Shown: positions 39,261-52,788 of the stretch, piece by piece | Layout: each line of letters begins with the position of its first letter | How positions within the stretch are numbered: position 1 is the first letter of the stretch | Assembly (NCBI GenBank): GCA_965644295.1 | Contig: CBFFRP010000406.1 | Span: forward strand, 310,001 to 374,000 | Reading direction: 5' to 3' | Source: Paraphysomonas bandaiensis | Lineage: Eukaryota; Protista; Chrysophyceae | Length of the DNA stretch: 64,000 nt | Translations under genes and position numbers: made by a program | The notes under the pieces: generated by a model | What the model saw: only the letters and a program-made list of their open reading frames with translations | Told to the model about the DNA's origin: nothing | Database searches by the model: none

Positions 39261-40020
39261 GATAAGAATACTCTGACGCAACTAGAAGTTATAATTCTGA
39301 TAATTAATCAGTTATTGTATCAGCCATTAGATTTGTGGGGGGGTTAATGAGCCTAGACAACAATGGAGCTGCAATCAATACAACTCAATATAAGAAAGAG
39401 ATCTAGTAATATTTCTGTGTTGTGAGGAATTGCAATCTACTGCAACATCATCCATGCATAGTCTTCAACAATGAGATGCTGGGCTGTGTGGTGGTATGCT
39501 TCCTGTATCGGCATCCTTGTATATTTTTGTTGAAAGATGCCTCTAATATTGAGACAACAATTGTCTGTATTTCAGCCGTAGTTGTATTTCAATAATATAG
39601 AAGAGTTTTGCCTCAATATATTCCCGAAAAATGAGATATACGCCGATAGATACTGATATCATACCACCACATGCTGCAACTTCAGTTCGATTGTACTCCA
39701 CTGTATACCGTATACACACTGTATACACACTGTTTAATATACATCTCAAAAAACTTTAAAAAACCGTTACACATCCTCATAAGTATTCTAAAATACCCTA
39801 CTTTTTCACCTTATCTTGCACATTTATGTATGAAAAAGGGGCTTTTCATACCTACCTTGTATTCAACGGAATGATCTGGTTAATGGCAGGTTGAAAGCAT
39901 TGATACACTTATTTATCGACACAGGCGTGGCTGTGATATATTTGTTGCCACCAGTTCAAGAAACTCAAAATCCATCAAACGAATTTGAAATATTTCTTCT
40001 TTCCTTCCTGTGAATTTGCA

Positions 40021-41569
40021 ATGTTTTATAAAGCTGCTGTGTGTTTGTTGGCTGCTGCGCATTATTTTGCAGCTGAAGGTGTGTCTCACCATACAATATA
40101 CAAGTAGTTTGGTATCTGATTTTTTGTCAATAGTGCCATTGTCTATTCATGATTTAGTTGCGGTTGAATCTGCTGGAGATGCTGTTATAAGGTTAAAAGG
40201 CTATGACTTGGATGGGGACAAAGTACAGTGTTGCAACTATTTATGGAACACGTTTAAATAATTTTCACAGCTATCGTACAGTATTCTTTCTGGGCCTACA
40301 TCGGGAAAGTTGTTTCAGCTTTCTCAGGTGTATAGCAAGCACGGCTACGACCCAAAAGCGGGGGTACATATTACGAGTGGCCCTGTCAGTGTCACAGGGT
40401 CCAGGAACAGAGTGTACTACTCCAGACCAACTCCTGATTCGGCGTCAAATTCAAAGGTAGGGTGTGTGAAATTGAAAACGTTGGTACTCAGGGACTAATG
40501 GCATTTTTAGTGGGGATCATTTGAATACACTGTTAGCGATGGACGCACTGAATCGAAAGTAGGTCATGTGACACTAGTTCCACCCACAGGTGCTCTCGTA
40601 GGCAGCAGCTTCTTCCTCAACAACGAAGGCTGGACAGTTGTTGGCAACACAGCCTCATCGGCATCTGCTGTGTTCGAACCTTACAATAGGGGATCACTAT
40701 TGAGTCGATACATTTCTGCCACGGACGATAAGTTGAGTGTAGAGAGTGATGGAAGAAACGATGAGGCGCTGTGGTTTTTCAAGGTATATGAATATACGCA
40801 AAGTTTTTAGTCTGTTGATCCGAGTGTGTTGAGATCTACATCTACATGCCTATCTAATGCCTATCTATTGCTTCGTGAGTACAGGCCCCGTCTTCCTATC
40901 ACGGCAATCATGGAATTGCCTATGGCGGGCACATGAGCTTCACTATGGCAGCCTTTTCAGGAGATTTTAACAACATCAACGACCAGGTAGTACCTTATGT
41001 ATTGTTGTATGTGGTGTATAGCACTGTTTGAGTTTTCGCTCACACATATATTCAGGCAAACTTAATCGAGCTGGAGTGTGCTGAATGCGTTGGTCCTGTG
41101 AACAGAGGAATCAAGCTAGTATACCCCCTCTCCTTGGCTCTTCAGTCAACTCCTTTTACAGGTACTAAACCGTAACATATACTATCCGTGCACATTTCCC
41201 TTACTTCTTCTTGTTTGTGTGTTTCTTTCCACATGATCAGGTGCTGCCACCAATTTCCGAGTGAAACTTCTCGAGTCATCAGGGTGGCTAAAAGATCCAC
41301 AAAACACCCTCCTTGAGTGGGAAGCTCCGTCGCAATGTGATATGATTCAGACCCTTTCTAGACTATCTTCTGTTAAAATTCTTGGAGATTTTTCGAAGTG
41401 GTTCGAAACGATGGCATTAGATGACGTTATTATATCAAATCTTAAAGGTTAGTTGTGATTACTTGTATTTATTACTGAATTAAATATTATTTCGGGGTTT
41501 ACAGCTCAGATTCCAGTGTGTGCAATGCATCGAAGTGACGCCAGTGTCTGCACATGCGATAGCGAGTAG
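40021..41569 (+). CDS. Secreted protein with cadherin/Big-like N-terminal domain and laminin IV (laminin B)-like domain
   Basis: Signal peptide, LKGYDLDGDKLSY..P..G.L and FEYTVSDG (Big/cadherin-like), then EGWTV, LWFFKAPSSYHGNHGIAYGGHMSF, VKLLESSGW and MIQTLSRLSSVKILG..ALDDV (laminin IV type A pattern). Confidence 0.7.
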
Positions 41570-41997
41570 ATACTGAATAAAGTGTATCGATGTCGTAGCA
41601 TGTGGTATCTTGTGGTTGAACTGATTACTTGTTCGTTGTTGAAATGTGATTAGATATCTGGCATTATGTTGAGAGTATCACTATACAATGATCACATTAG
41701 TGACAGGGTACAAAATGTGTATAATTTACCTGTTGTAGGGTATAATGATTTTATTTTTACATCTCTAGTGAAATGAGTATTTCGATATCATTGTGACCAG
41801 TCACATATTTAGCTGTAGTGGATATTGCGATGGTTTTATGCATCAATACTTATTTCCGGCCAATACAGACACAAGACGACAAATATAGAAGAATATGTAA
41901 AATTTCCCTCTGGAAGTTGCTTGATGGATGATAGACTAATATATTGCTATTTTAGAGTTAAAAATTTCAGTAATTACCAAAAACATATACTTTAGAA

Positions 41998-43338
41998 CAG
42001 GATTGCGCAACAATTAATTGGTGACAGGTGTCCAACAATAATAATTGCAATTAATTGGCAATAATTTCCAATTAATTGCCTTTAACTTTATTGATAGATT
42101 TTAGAATATCTTTCTGTGTTGGAAATTGCTCATTTTAAGCTAGATCACAGAGAGAATTTGTCGTAAGACTAGATAGATTACACAAAGTTGTGATAAACAA
42201 CTCTAACTCATTTAATCCACGCAGCCATAATATCCTACATATGCGAACCTTTCGTTACTGAACATATCTTGAAAGATCAAGCTATTTCAGTTTCTCAATA
42301 TCATCACAGCGTTTGTACATCAATATATTTCACTGTATTCTTGTACATTGTCTTCAAGTGACATACTGAATATACTAGAATAAGATCCATATTCTAATAT
42401 TCTGAACTATATTCTCATCCCAAAGAAACACTAACATTTTCACATTTCAAGATGTCTAGGTTTATTCGCTTGCCAAAATCTAGTCATAGCAATCTTAGCT
42501 CTGCTAAACAACCTCTCATAAACATTGGTAGTGCTATACGAATACTTCATGCAACGATATCGTGTTGGAAGTTTGATGAGTGCTTTTTGGCGCTTTTGGT
42601 TGTCGTTAAGTAAACGAATGGCGTCGTCTTCCTCACTTTTTCAAGTTCACCTTCGTGTGCAGGTACATCATTTATCAAAAAGCGTCGCACCTCTGCTTTT
42701 TCAGCTCGTTTCTGTTCGTCTTCCCTACCGCGCTAAATTTTGACTACTGCTCTATCGAATCTACTTTTGAATAATTTCCGCGTCAGCGCCCAGGTGAAAT
42801 TTCATCCCAGGGTACTTACTAATTAAATCATCAAATTTGTTTATTCGATGCCATCCTGTTGAATAAATAAGAATGATAAGTATGGCTATCCAATGCTTCT
42901 AGTCCATTATTGTTGAACACACACACATACTTCTCTTCCTCTGATAGTGGTACCTATCGGATACACTTAAAACGTCATTTACCCAACTGTAATTGAATAT
43001 TTCGAAGTAGTTGAATATGCTGTCACATTATATGCTATGTATCTAGACGATTGTTATGGAAGTGCTTAATTTGTTCTTTCCCAATGCTCTTTGACATGAT
43101 CTCTTGCATGTTGAGGTTAAAGTTTATACTAACGTTAATTACGATTAATAAAATGGTAACGTAACTGTGCACATGCATCCATACTACTATGCTAACATAT
43201 AATGGGTGTGTACCTAAGATCAGTAGCAAGATATCGTAAGAAGCCATATATATTTTAGCCAGCCAATTAGTTGGCAACAATTACCAATAATAATTGAAAT
43301 TATCACTCTCAAAACCAATTAATTGTTACGCAAGCCTG
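41998..43338 (-). mobile_element. Non-autonomous hAT DNA transposon, 1341 bp
   Basis: 24-bp TIRs CAGGATTGCGCAACAATTAATTGG / CCAATTAATTGTTACGCAAGCCTG (2 mismatches). Perfect 8-bp TSD CTTTAGAA at 41990-41997 and 43339-43346. AATT-rich subterminal repeats. Decayed transposase tail STTNVYERLFSRAKI on the minus strand at 42400-42785. Confidence 0.93.
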
Positions 43339-43381
43339 CTTTAGAACGATGACATTGTTAGTAGGAGACAACAGAACAAAG

Positions 43382-43861
43382 CCTCAACAAAGTCTGACCG
43401 CACCTTTTCGTGCTGTTCTGGGGGATAAGTACCGGAGAGCTTTCTCCGGGAAATTAACACGAGCCACATATGTAGTCAGCGGATAATTTTTTGCCAACTC
43501 AAGGCCAAATGCTTGTGTGGTACAATGGACATTAATATAAGAGTAAAGAGTATCACTTGTGTCTTGTGTAGACATCTTTGGGCCTTGATGAATAAACAGG
43601 CATCCGGGAATGACCCCTCCTCAAGAGCATTCGGGGTATTGGGCTGCCTACTGAAGTCAAGCATCCGGGCTGTTCACCTCAAGGACTCAAAAATCCTGAA
43701 GTTAGCAGATGTCAGGTATATCAACATTCTGCTTGTCCACTACGTTTGCTTTGATTGATAGATACATAGTAGGATATCAGAGTTAAGCACTAGTTAGTTA
43801 ACTTGCAATGCTAAATTAGTTCTAACTCTTATTGATAATAATAAGACATTCACTACTACGG
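43382..43861 (-). mobile_element. Unclassified dispersed element, copy 4
   Basis: CCTCAACAAAGTCTGAC-CGCACC ... TAATAAGACATTCACTACTACGG on +. Confidence 0.8.
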
Positions 43862-44446
43862 TACATCCTGATATCTTGTTAAACTCTATAGCATTGTGTT
43901 CTCCAATGAGATCATGCAATTCTTGGACATTTCACAGATCATTATTTGATAACATAACGTGTATACATTATCAAAGCGTTGAGGTCGTTCTTCTGCCTGA
44001 TTTAAAGACATACAGTGTCTGTATCTTTTACTCAGAAGTGCCTATGCACTTCGACTTCGACGACGAATCAGGTCAAACTGATATGATTTGCTCATATGTA
44101 GAGCCACTCTGGGTGTGGAACTATCACTCATACGTTAACTCGAATCAATTGATTTAATATTGTGTGAGCTTTTGGATTTAAAGCAAGAACTGTGAATCAT
44201 GTTCACAATCCAGTGAGTTATTCCAGAGGGGATTCAATGTTTTCCGGTTTTCGAGCTATAAATCGCATTATTTTCCCTAAAAATTGTGTTTCTGATTGTT
44301 GACCATGAAAATGAGTTTCTGGCTGAATGTTGAGCGACCGGCCCATTAACACTGAGCTCAGCGACGAGGGATTACATATAGTAATATCAGTTATAGTATT
44401 ATACAATCCCTTTAATTAAGCTCTTGGGGAAGGGTATCTTTCTGCA

Positions 44447-45361
44447 ATGGGACGGATGTATTACGCTTTCTGGGTGACATTTGTCCTTGCACGAACGCCA
44501 TGTCTCTTTAGCCAGAATGAGTGTTATTTAACAGAAAGGTTTGCGAATGAAATAGTCGTGTTTTGTCGTGATTTTGTTTACAGTCCACCGAGGGCAAAGG
44601 GAATTGCCATCAGCTTCTGTGAAAGCATGTCCCCAAACGAAAACTGTTGTGTACCTGCTTTTGACGAAGAAATGAGAGAAGAATTTAACTTACTCACTGG
44701 GACATCTGATTTGTGTGTGTCCACTGTGACAGAATCTAAGCTGGCGCTGCATTTCTGGTTTTGTTTTGGATGTTCTGATCAGCAGGTACGACTTTGGCTT
44801 ATTTTATCGTTATGCCTACCTCATCTGTGGGCAGCCTAAAGCGTTGGAGCATAAGGGCACCGTCAATGACGACGATGGTGGTCCATACGAACAGTATGAA
44901 ATTCATGTATGCTCCGATTTTGCAAAACTTCTCTACCCAGAGAACTTCGACGACTGCGGACTCATCATCCCTGGTGAAAGAGGGAACATATGCTCTGATG
45001 ATGACACTGTAATGCCTTCTACATATTGGGGAAAAGGAAAGGATGGAGCGGAAAATTTTTTGAACGATGACGTTGGAGGCAAGCCACCTTTATTTACAGA
45101 TGGTGATACAGAGAAGTTTAAAGTCGTGGTAAGGAAAAGGCGTCGTTGTCCGAAATGACAGTGCATACATATCTGAGCGGGTGGTGTACATTTTATTTTT
45201 ACATACTTCTTATATTAATATTCACTAACGTTGGTGCATGTATTCAGATTGACGATTCAGAGGGATGCTACAGGAGTGGAGGGAGCATGCTCTGTATGTC
45301 GTGGGGTGTAATAATTTTGTCTCTGTTACTAGTTATTTCTGTAGATATAGTTGTAGTTTAA
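44447..45361 (+). CDS. Folate-receptor-like Cys-rich secreted protein with C-terminal hydrophobic (GPI or TM) tail
   Basis: Signal peptide, FC..ENCC..DLC..FWFCFGCS..IHVCSDFAKLLY..FDDCG (folate receptor/NPC1-N cysteine pattern), and C-terminal WGVIILSLLLVISV. Confidence 0.65.
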
Positions 45362-46680
45362 AGGTATTATAGCTGGATATGACATCTTAGATGTGAATTG
45401 AGTACATAGGGATATAATGTATGTTCTCGAAAAGGGGAATAGGGTATGTTAAATTATTATTGCTATTTCTAGCGACATTCTATTTTAAGTACTGTGTTCT
45501 TAGTATTTGCAAAACGCTGTGGGTAATCCCTATGTTGTTTGAGAGCATAGGATGCATTGTAGTATAGCCTTATAGCCCCGTAATTAAACCGGTAGATAAT
45601 AACCAACCACATGATAATGACAGCTCATATGCATAATGGCATATGCATGTCATGGGAATAAGCAACATTTTATCCTTGGGATAATAAGGAGCATTGTTTC
45701 TCATCCCTCAGAGTCCGTGGTTAAATAATGCTATATTTTTTAACTATAAGTGCAAAGATATCAGCATAACTTCCTTGCTACATCATAGGACGCAAAATAC
45801 AGTTTCTCTACATGGGTTTATATTTATCTGATTATTATTCGCACTCAAACGCAATGTATATATTTTATTATTTTAACTGAAAATCATGAATTAAGCTCAT
45901 TTCACATCAGGCAGCATATGTGCAACATATAATACTATTCAAGGACTTCTTTGTCTACTCTTATATATAAACTGAGAAATTACTTCCTTGTATTCAGATT
46001 CGGGTGAGTAGCAGCTAGATAACACTTAGACACAAGAAAGTTAGATCCTAATTAAACAATATAAAAAGGTAATAGTCGTATATAAAAATGCGCCGTACCA
46101 AACTCACAGTGTCAAAGTATCGACTCTGAATGTTTTAATATATCAGACTATCAAAATAGTTTCTACATTCACTACGCATTCTGTGATTAGCATCACGTCA
46201 GCAAACGGTTAGTACTTACAATAGAAATGAAAAGTAACGGAAGCTTCACAGAGGAATGACCAACATTAGTATAATTTAAGCTTTTCTGTATTTGTGATGA
46301 CTGAAGTTATATAACTTGCCCTTTACAGTGCTCTTGATACGTGAAGCAATGGAATGACCTTCTCCTGTACATGTATATCTACTGCTGTATACACATGCCC
46401 AGCTCGCTGTCCACGACGCGGTCATTTCTACATAATATATATTTAGCTTTTTGGCTATTCAAGATACGGAATTCAAAATTTGAGCATACTTCACACAGAT
46501 TCCTTTGCAGGATACTTTTTTTGAGTGCTGTGTGTAATTCTATATGCAGCCCTACGTGTATGATATATGGAGAATAAAGAATAAGAAGAAGTCGAAGTGA
46601 CGAGAGACATACTTCATACTTCCTAATTGATAAGACAGATATACGTATATATACCATCAATGGGTTGAACGGTGCTGATC

Positions 46681-49125
46681 ATGTCATCTGCACCTACTCA
46701 ATCTGGTAAGGCAGAAGCAGTGGATAAATTACGCACAGAGAGTCCGTGTCCTCAAGGTTCGTTTGTGTTGTTTTATTGTATAGAGCTGATCGCTTATTTA
46801 GGAATAGAGTCTCCTTCGAAAAATGGGATTCTGTCCACTACAAAGTCCTGGTGTTCGTCTCCATTTTCGAATCTGGTTGCGCTCAGTCCAGATGGGAACT
46901 CGTTTTCGTTTTCCCTGACAGATTTTTCTCCTGGAATGCCATTTTCCTCTCCGCGGTTAAGGTTTAATACTGATCATGGCAGCCCTCAGTCCTCATCTCG
47001 TGCACACGGAGACCAGTGTTCTTTTTCTCCCTCTTTGTTTTCTCCGTTTAATAAATCCTTGAAGTCGCATAAATTAGACAAATTATTTGATGGAGACTTC
47101 CTTGGGTGCGACTCGATTATTGATTCTGCCACCAAGTGCAACCCTGAGGGTATAGGATTATTGTGAGTAAATTATATATACGATTTTTTATAGTGTATAG
47201 TGCGTAGTAAGGCTTTAAGGAAAACTTGTGTTTACACTTATCTGAATGTCCTGGAAACTATGCTAATGTATTTCGGTGCAGTCAATTCGGCCTGCGAAAG
47301 TGTGACAGTTCCGATATTCACACGAGAGACAATATTTCACATTTACTCGGCACTCTGGATACGAGGTCTGACTGCATGGAGCTAGATACCACGAGTGGGG
47401 ATTCTCTTTTTACCGAGGATACGTCCAAACAGATTTTTGGAAGCCCAATGAAATGCAAGGAGAGTCGTGCCGTTGAACCTCGCGACATAACTACATTAGA
47501 TCAATCTCCTTCCTTCCGTCCACCCTTGTCGTCGTCAAAGAAGTCAATTGCTCCTCCGCAAACGACCCATCCTCCAGTGAAATTACCATCCATCAAGCGG
47601 GCACATGTAACTCCTGGCAGAAAATCACACAACAAGTTTTCTAGTCCGGCAGTGCTGAGTAAGGCGAAGCAACCAGCTAACATGTCACCAATGGACTCAA
47701 AGAGTCGATGTAACTGCAAGAAATCTAAATGTTTAAAATTGTGAGTAGGAAAGCGTATTCTATCACTGCTGTACAACATATGGATGGTGTATGCGAAGCA
47801 ATGTTCAATTTACATGGCGAAGTGATTGTAACTTGGTTCTGTGTTTATGACAGGTATTGTGAGTGCTTTTCAGCTTTACGGTATTGTATCGATTGTAACT
47901 GTACGGACTGTAATAACTGCAAGGAATATGAAGAGGTAAGTGCATGCGTATTTAGCGTACAGTACAGCATACGATATTTGTACAAATTACGTAAGGATAT
48001 ATGATGTTACCGCGAAGTATAGCAGAAAACATGAGACATGCCTGAATTTATGCACTATTGTGTGATATATGGTACGAATATTTAGTTCAGTTTCGACATG
48101 GGGTATCGCATAGATAATTTGTCATGACTAGTCTGACATAATATTGGTGACTCAGGTTCGTAGTGAGGCAATACAGGCGACTAAAGAGCGCAATCCCATT
48201 GCTTTCCACTCAAAGGTTAGTGATAAAAAAGGCCACCTGGCGGGCTGCAACTGTCAGCGTAGCCAGTGCTTAAAGAAGTATTGTGAGTGCTTTGAAGGAT
48301 CAGTACACTGCGGAACGAACTGCAAGTGCAAATCATGTGAGAATTACTCCGGATCGGCGGTATGTACATCATATATATACACGACGAAATTTGTAGTTGT
48401 ATTTTAGCGGTACTGATCAGTTGTATTTAGCTTGTCTAAGCGAAATATATGTATTATGAGTGTTATGTTTTGTATTACCGCTTCTTGTTAAATGTGGTAT
48501 CTTATTTGTAGAAACTTGAAGCAGCCAAAAATACAGCTCGGCAGAAGCGCGAGCGCTATGCTATAAAGTCAGAGTCGTGTAATACTTCTTCGGTTCCACC
48601 TAAGACAACTCATCTATCGACTACGACGTTGACTACCCTGAAGAAGTCGCAAGAACGATCTAGTTGCGTTTCAGGTGAGAGCAGCAGTCGAAACGGTTAT
48701 GATTTAGGTGGAGGTCAAGGTATGAGCTAGGGTCGTTTGAATGCATTGTGCCCTATATGTAGAATACTGAGTTTTGTATTGTTTTGGTTCTAATGGATGC
48801 ACATTCTCCGACTTTATTATTGTTCTGCTCATCTGTGATTCTCTCAGTCCCAGATAGTCTGTCAGAGCACTCTACAGTCGAGTCAATATCTTGCAGTATG
48901 AAGGATAAATTAGATGATGATTCCTCCCCATTCAAAAAGATACGAATAAGTAACGAGAAGGAGTCAGAGCCGAGGTATCCTTTCTTTGGCCCCCAATGTC
49001 CGAGAACAACTAAAGTTACTGCTCTGTGTTGTCTGGAGTACTTGGACGGCCCCAGTCTGTATGCTGTGTCCGTGGTGAATAAGCTCTGGAGTCAGGCTGT
49101 CATGGACGATGCGTTGTGGGAGTAG
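46681..49125 (+). CDS. Tesmin/TSO1-like CRC (2x CXC) DNA-binding protein, LIN54 family, with F-box-like C-terminus
   Basis: CNCKKSKCLKLYCECF..C.DCNC.DC.N, linker ERNPIAF, and GCNCQRSQCLKKYCECF..CGTNCKCKSCEN. Confidence 0.9.
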
Positions 49126-49417
49126 GTATCGTGTAGTTTGTTCTTTTTATTATATTCTTCGTACACGGGTGTTACAATATTTGCCAACAAAGTAGACTGC
49201 AAACATTGCGGAGGAAATATAAGTCGTGACTGGGTGCCAGTCAGTGTGCACTAGTACATTGCTGGAGAATTATAGTTTATGTGTTTGTAATGCCGTATCG
49301 TAAGATGTACAGGACGTGGTGTTTTTAGTTGGTGATGTGTGTTCTCCGTTTATAAACACAGTGTAGCTAGCGATGAATGTGGTAATCAATGCATTGTCTT
49401 CATATTTTCCTTTAAAC

Positions 49418-50680
49418 CAGGCTTGTAACAATGAATTGGATTTCCAACACATCATACATACATACATACACATGCATGCGTTTGCTGCAAATTAACGACA
49501 AATCTTGAGCATATATAAATTTCACCTAATCTTATAGTTTATTACAGACAGTACCATCTAGTTCTCATTATTGCTTGCGCTTGTAACAGAAGAGCAATAA
49601 CTGTACATACAAATGAATATTAAATTATTAGGTTTTAAAAGTGATAATTTCAATTATTATTGGTAAATGTTGTCAATTAATTGCAATTATTTGGCTGGCT
49701 AAATTATATATAGCAGTAGTGAACATCTGATTTAGCAATAGGCGTGAAAGTGTCCGAACAAATGTAGCAAAACAATTTCTTAATTAAGTTGTGCTTAACT
49801 CTGATATCCTACTATTTGGCGCTACTGTAACGACTACGGGTGATTGAGTCTTGCCATCATGACTAACACATTATAACCTCTTAAATCACCCGTGCTTGTC
49901 ATTCCCAATTTTGCTACACTATGAAAGGTGAACTAGCCCGGATGCTTGACTTCAGTAGGCAGCCTTTGAGGTGGGCCCATGCATTCCCAAAAGCTTGTTA
50001 TTCGTCAAAGCCCAAAGGCGTTCTACACTCTAGTACACTCCCCTGTACTACACAAGCATTCGGCCATGAGTGGGTAGAGCATTATCTGCTGACTATATAG
50101 GCGGCTCACGTTGATTTCCCGAGAAATCTCTCCAGTACTTATCCCCCAGAACACCATGTAAAGGTGCAAACCCATTATCTGTTAGCATAGAAGTTTGGCC
50201 ATATATGATATATGTACACAGTCAAGTCATCATTTTACGAATCATAATTGTGTGAGACAGTATAAGGGTCAGTATACACTTTAACTTCAGCACGCAAGGT
50301 TATATAACATATATATATGTTCCGTTAAATCAGAAATGTATACGGCAGTGCTATTGAACCAAAAGAATGCTATGTAAAATAATATAACATGTAAAAGGTC
50401 GTTGGCACGTTGGCACCGCTTCGAAAAAATAGTAATAGTAGTGTAAGTGACGTTATGTGTATCCGTTAGGCCATTCGTGTACTTAAAGAAAGCGCAAAAA
50501 AGCACGCATCAAAGCATTTGTACAGCACTATCAATGCTAGTGAGAGGTTGTTTAGCAGGGCTAAGATTGTTATAACTGATTTTCGCTAGCGAATGACACC
50601 TAAACACCTTGAAATGTTGATATTTCTGTGTGAAAATCGGCATCGTTGGGATGAGATTATAGTTCAGAAAGTTATTCTAA
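49418..50680 (+). mobile_element. Second, degraded copy of the hAT family, interrupted by insertions
   Basis: TIR-like CAGGCTTG--TAACAATGAATTGG at 49418. 49631-49712 is the reverse complement of 43245-43316, homology resumes at about 50169, and the transposase tail STINASERLFSRAKIVITDFR*RMTPKHLEMLIFLCENRHRWD lies at 50510-50680. Confidence 0.8.
49714..50167 (+). mobile_element. Unclassified dispersed element, copy 5, nested in the hAT relic and lacking the last ~19 nt
   Basis: CAGTAGTGAA..TTTAGCAATAGGCG..TTAACTCTGATATCCTAC..CCCGGATGCTTGACTTCAGTAGGCAGCC..TACTTATCCCCCAGAACACCA. Confidence 0.78.
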
Positions 50681-51209
50681 ACTATAGCAATATAATAAGA
50701 ATAGATGTCATCTTGGACAAAGACGACATCTGTTGCAGCAGTAAAAACATAAGATTGTGAAAAAATACGTGTATCGTAACAATTTAGGATGCTTATATTG
50801 CAGCAATAAGATGTAATTGTACTGATAGTCCTTCCAACCTGTTTATGATGGTTAAATCGTATTAACAAATCAGAGTATTCAAAGGATTAGGATAGTTTTG
50901 GGGATTGTTTGGACAACATACTCGAAAGAGTCTGATAGATAGGCTAGTATACAGATAGGATCAAGAACTTGATACAGATGAGGAGTTGATGGAGGTGCTA
51001 CGGTCAATATCAATGCAATAAAACTACAAACCAGACAGCCCACGATTCATGCAAGGAATAAGAAGGTTCCGATCGGGTCGACAAAACTATTTTTAGTTAC
51101 TAATGACAAGTTTTAGTAATACGTGTGATTTTACGAGATATGATACGTATAGTGCGATGGCATATAACATCAATGTGATGAGAAAAGCAAGCAAAGAGGA
51201 CATTATGTA

Positions 51210-52788
51210 CAGTCAGTTCGCGTTATGGTGGATGGTGTGTACCATAAGCCATACTGTCCACCACAACGGCACCATCCACGATTAGAAAACCCGGGTTTTT
51301 GCTTCAAATAACCAGGTTTTTATAAAAAACACAGTTTTTGTCTTATAAAACCATGGTTTTCTACTGAAAACCCCTAAGTAAATGTTTAAAATATCGTATT
51401 CCACACTCTAGTTTGTAAAACTTTCTATTATCGCACTACAGATAAATAATTATGTAAAAAGCCTTGTTATTACGTGATAGGAATGCGCTGAGCTCTTAAC
51501 TACGTTGTTATAGTGTTGACTTAGGTCTTCGGACAGAGAAAAAATGCTGTATCGTTCGTTGTGACGAAGATTGGGTGCGCTCCTGTGAGTAGCATTTAGT
51601 CAATTCACAAGCGTTCTTGAAGAAATTGTAGTGAATAGCAGGAGCATTTTCACAACTACTTTGCATGGTGAAGTCGTATACTACACGCATTGCATCATGA
51701 AATTGATTCAAAGTTACTATAGATGAAGTGGTAGTAGTATCAACACTCGTTTCAGTTAGATCATCATCATCATCTACCGTAGCTGTTAGTGGAGAAATAG
51801 AAAAAGCTTCGAAGCTCTCCTTGGCTTCCTCGATTTCAGCTTCTACGACCATAGGGTCTCAGCTTTGGCGGGAAAAAACTAGAGTAATGTACGAAGGATA
51901 TAAGGATCTCTCAAAGTCAACATGAGAAGAGCAATTGTCCAGCAGAATAAGACATTTCTGTGATCCATATCGGCGCTTATACCAAGGATCAAATACCGAA
52001 TTGATCCACCATACAGTAATACGTCTGTCAAACCGTATAGTCTTACTCAATTCTGCCTCGCAGTACATTCCGTTGGGGGTTTTCCCATAATACAGCCCAG
52101 TTTGATCGGCGTTGAAAATTCTCTGTATTGGTACTTCATTAATTTCACATAATTCACCGAACTTCTGTTTGAACTCTTATAGCAACCGCTGCGTCAGCAT
52201 CGCTGATTTCATTAGCTTCTCCGTGAAGATGCACATGAACATAATTGTTCCGACTCTTCAACACATTACGTAGCCAACCAGATGAAGCTCGAAAAGAACT
52301 CAGCGCTTCTTCATCATCCGCATAGATTATCTATACAGTACAAAAATGTTAAGTATGAGCATATACTTGCTTCTTAGTATTGCTAACCTTTGCATAGTCT
52401 TAGCCTTCTGCTTCAGAAATTGCCAGCTCAACCCGCATTTATCTACTTTGTAGTGCTCCTGGCGAAAATTAATGTACTCAACAAGTTTTCTCTCCACTTT
52501 AGGAAATGAACCCTTCCTTTGCATTCATCTGACATCGCTACATACAGCAGACGAACAGATGCAGTGATGTAAGTATATGAGATGACTATATGATAATTAA
52601 TTGTACTTTTCTGTATATTGCCTACCAATTTTTTCACAACAATCCACCAAAATAGGGATTTTTATTTAAAACTATAGGTTTGTATATAAATCGGGGATTT
52701 TATACAAAAATCCCCGTACCAAGCCTAAATTCATCCACTATAACGGCGATATCCACCATACGTCGTCCACCATAACGCGAACTGACTG
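51210..52788 (-). mobile_element. pogo/Tigger (Tc1/mariner superfamily) element with internally deleted, frameshifted transposase
   Basis: Perfect 23-bp TIRs CAGTCAGTTCGCGTTATGGTGGA with TA on both sides. Minus-strand fragments FPKVERKLVEYI..LKQKA, FRASSGWL..LHGEA, IFNADQTGLYY and CLILLDNCSSH (CENP-B HTH plus DDE_1). Confidence 0.93.
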
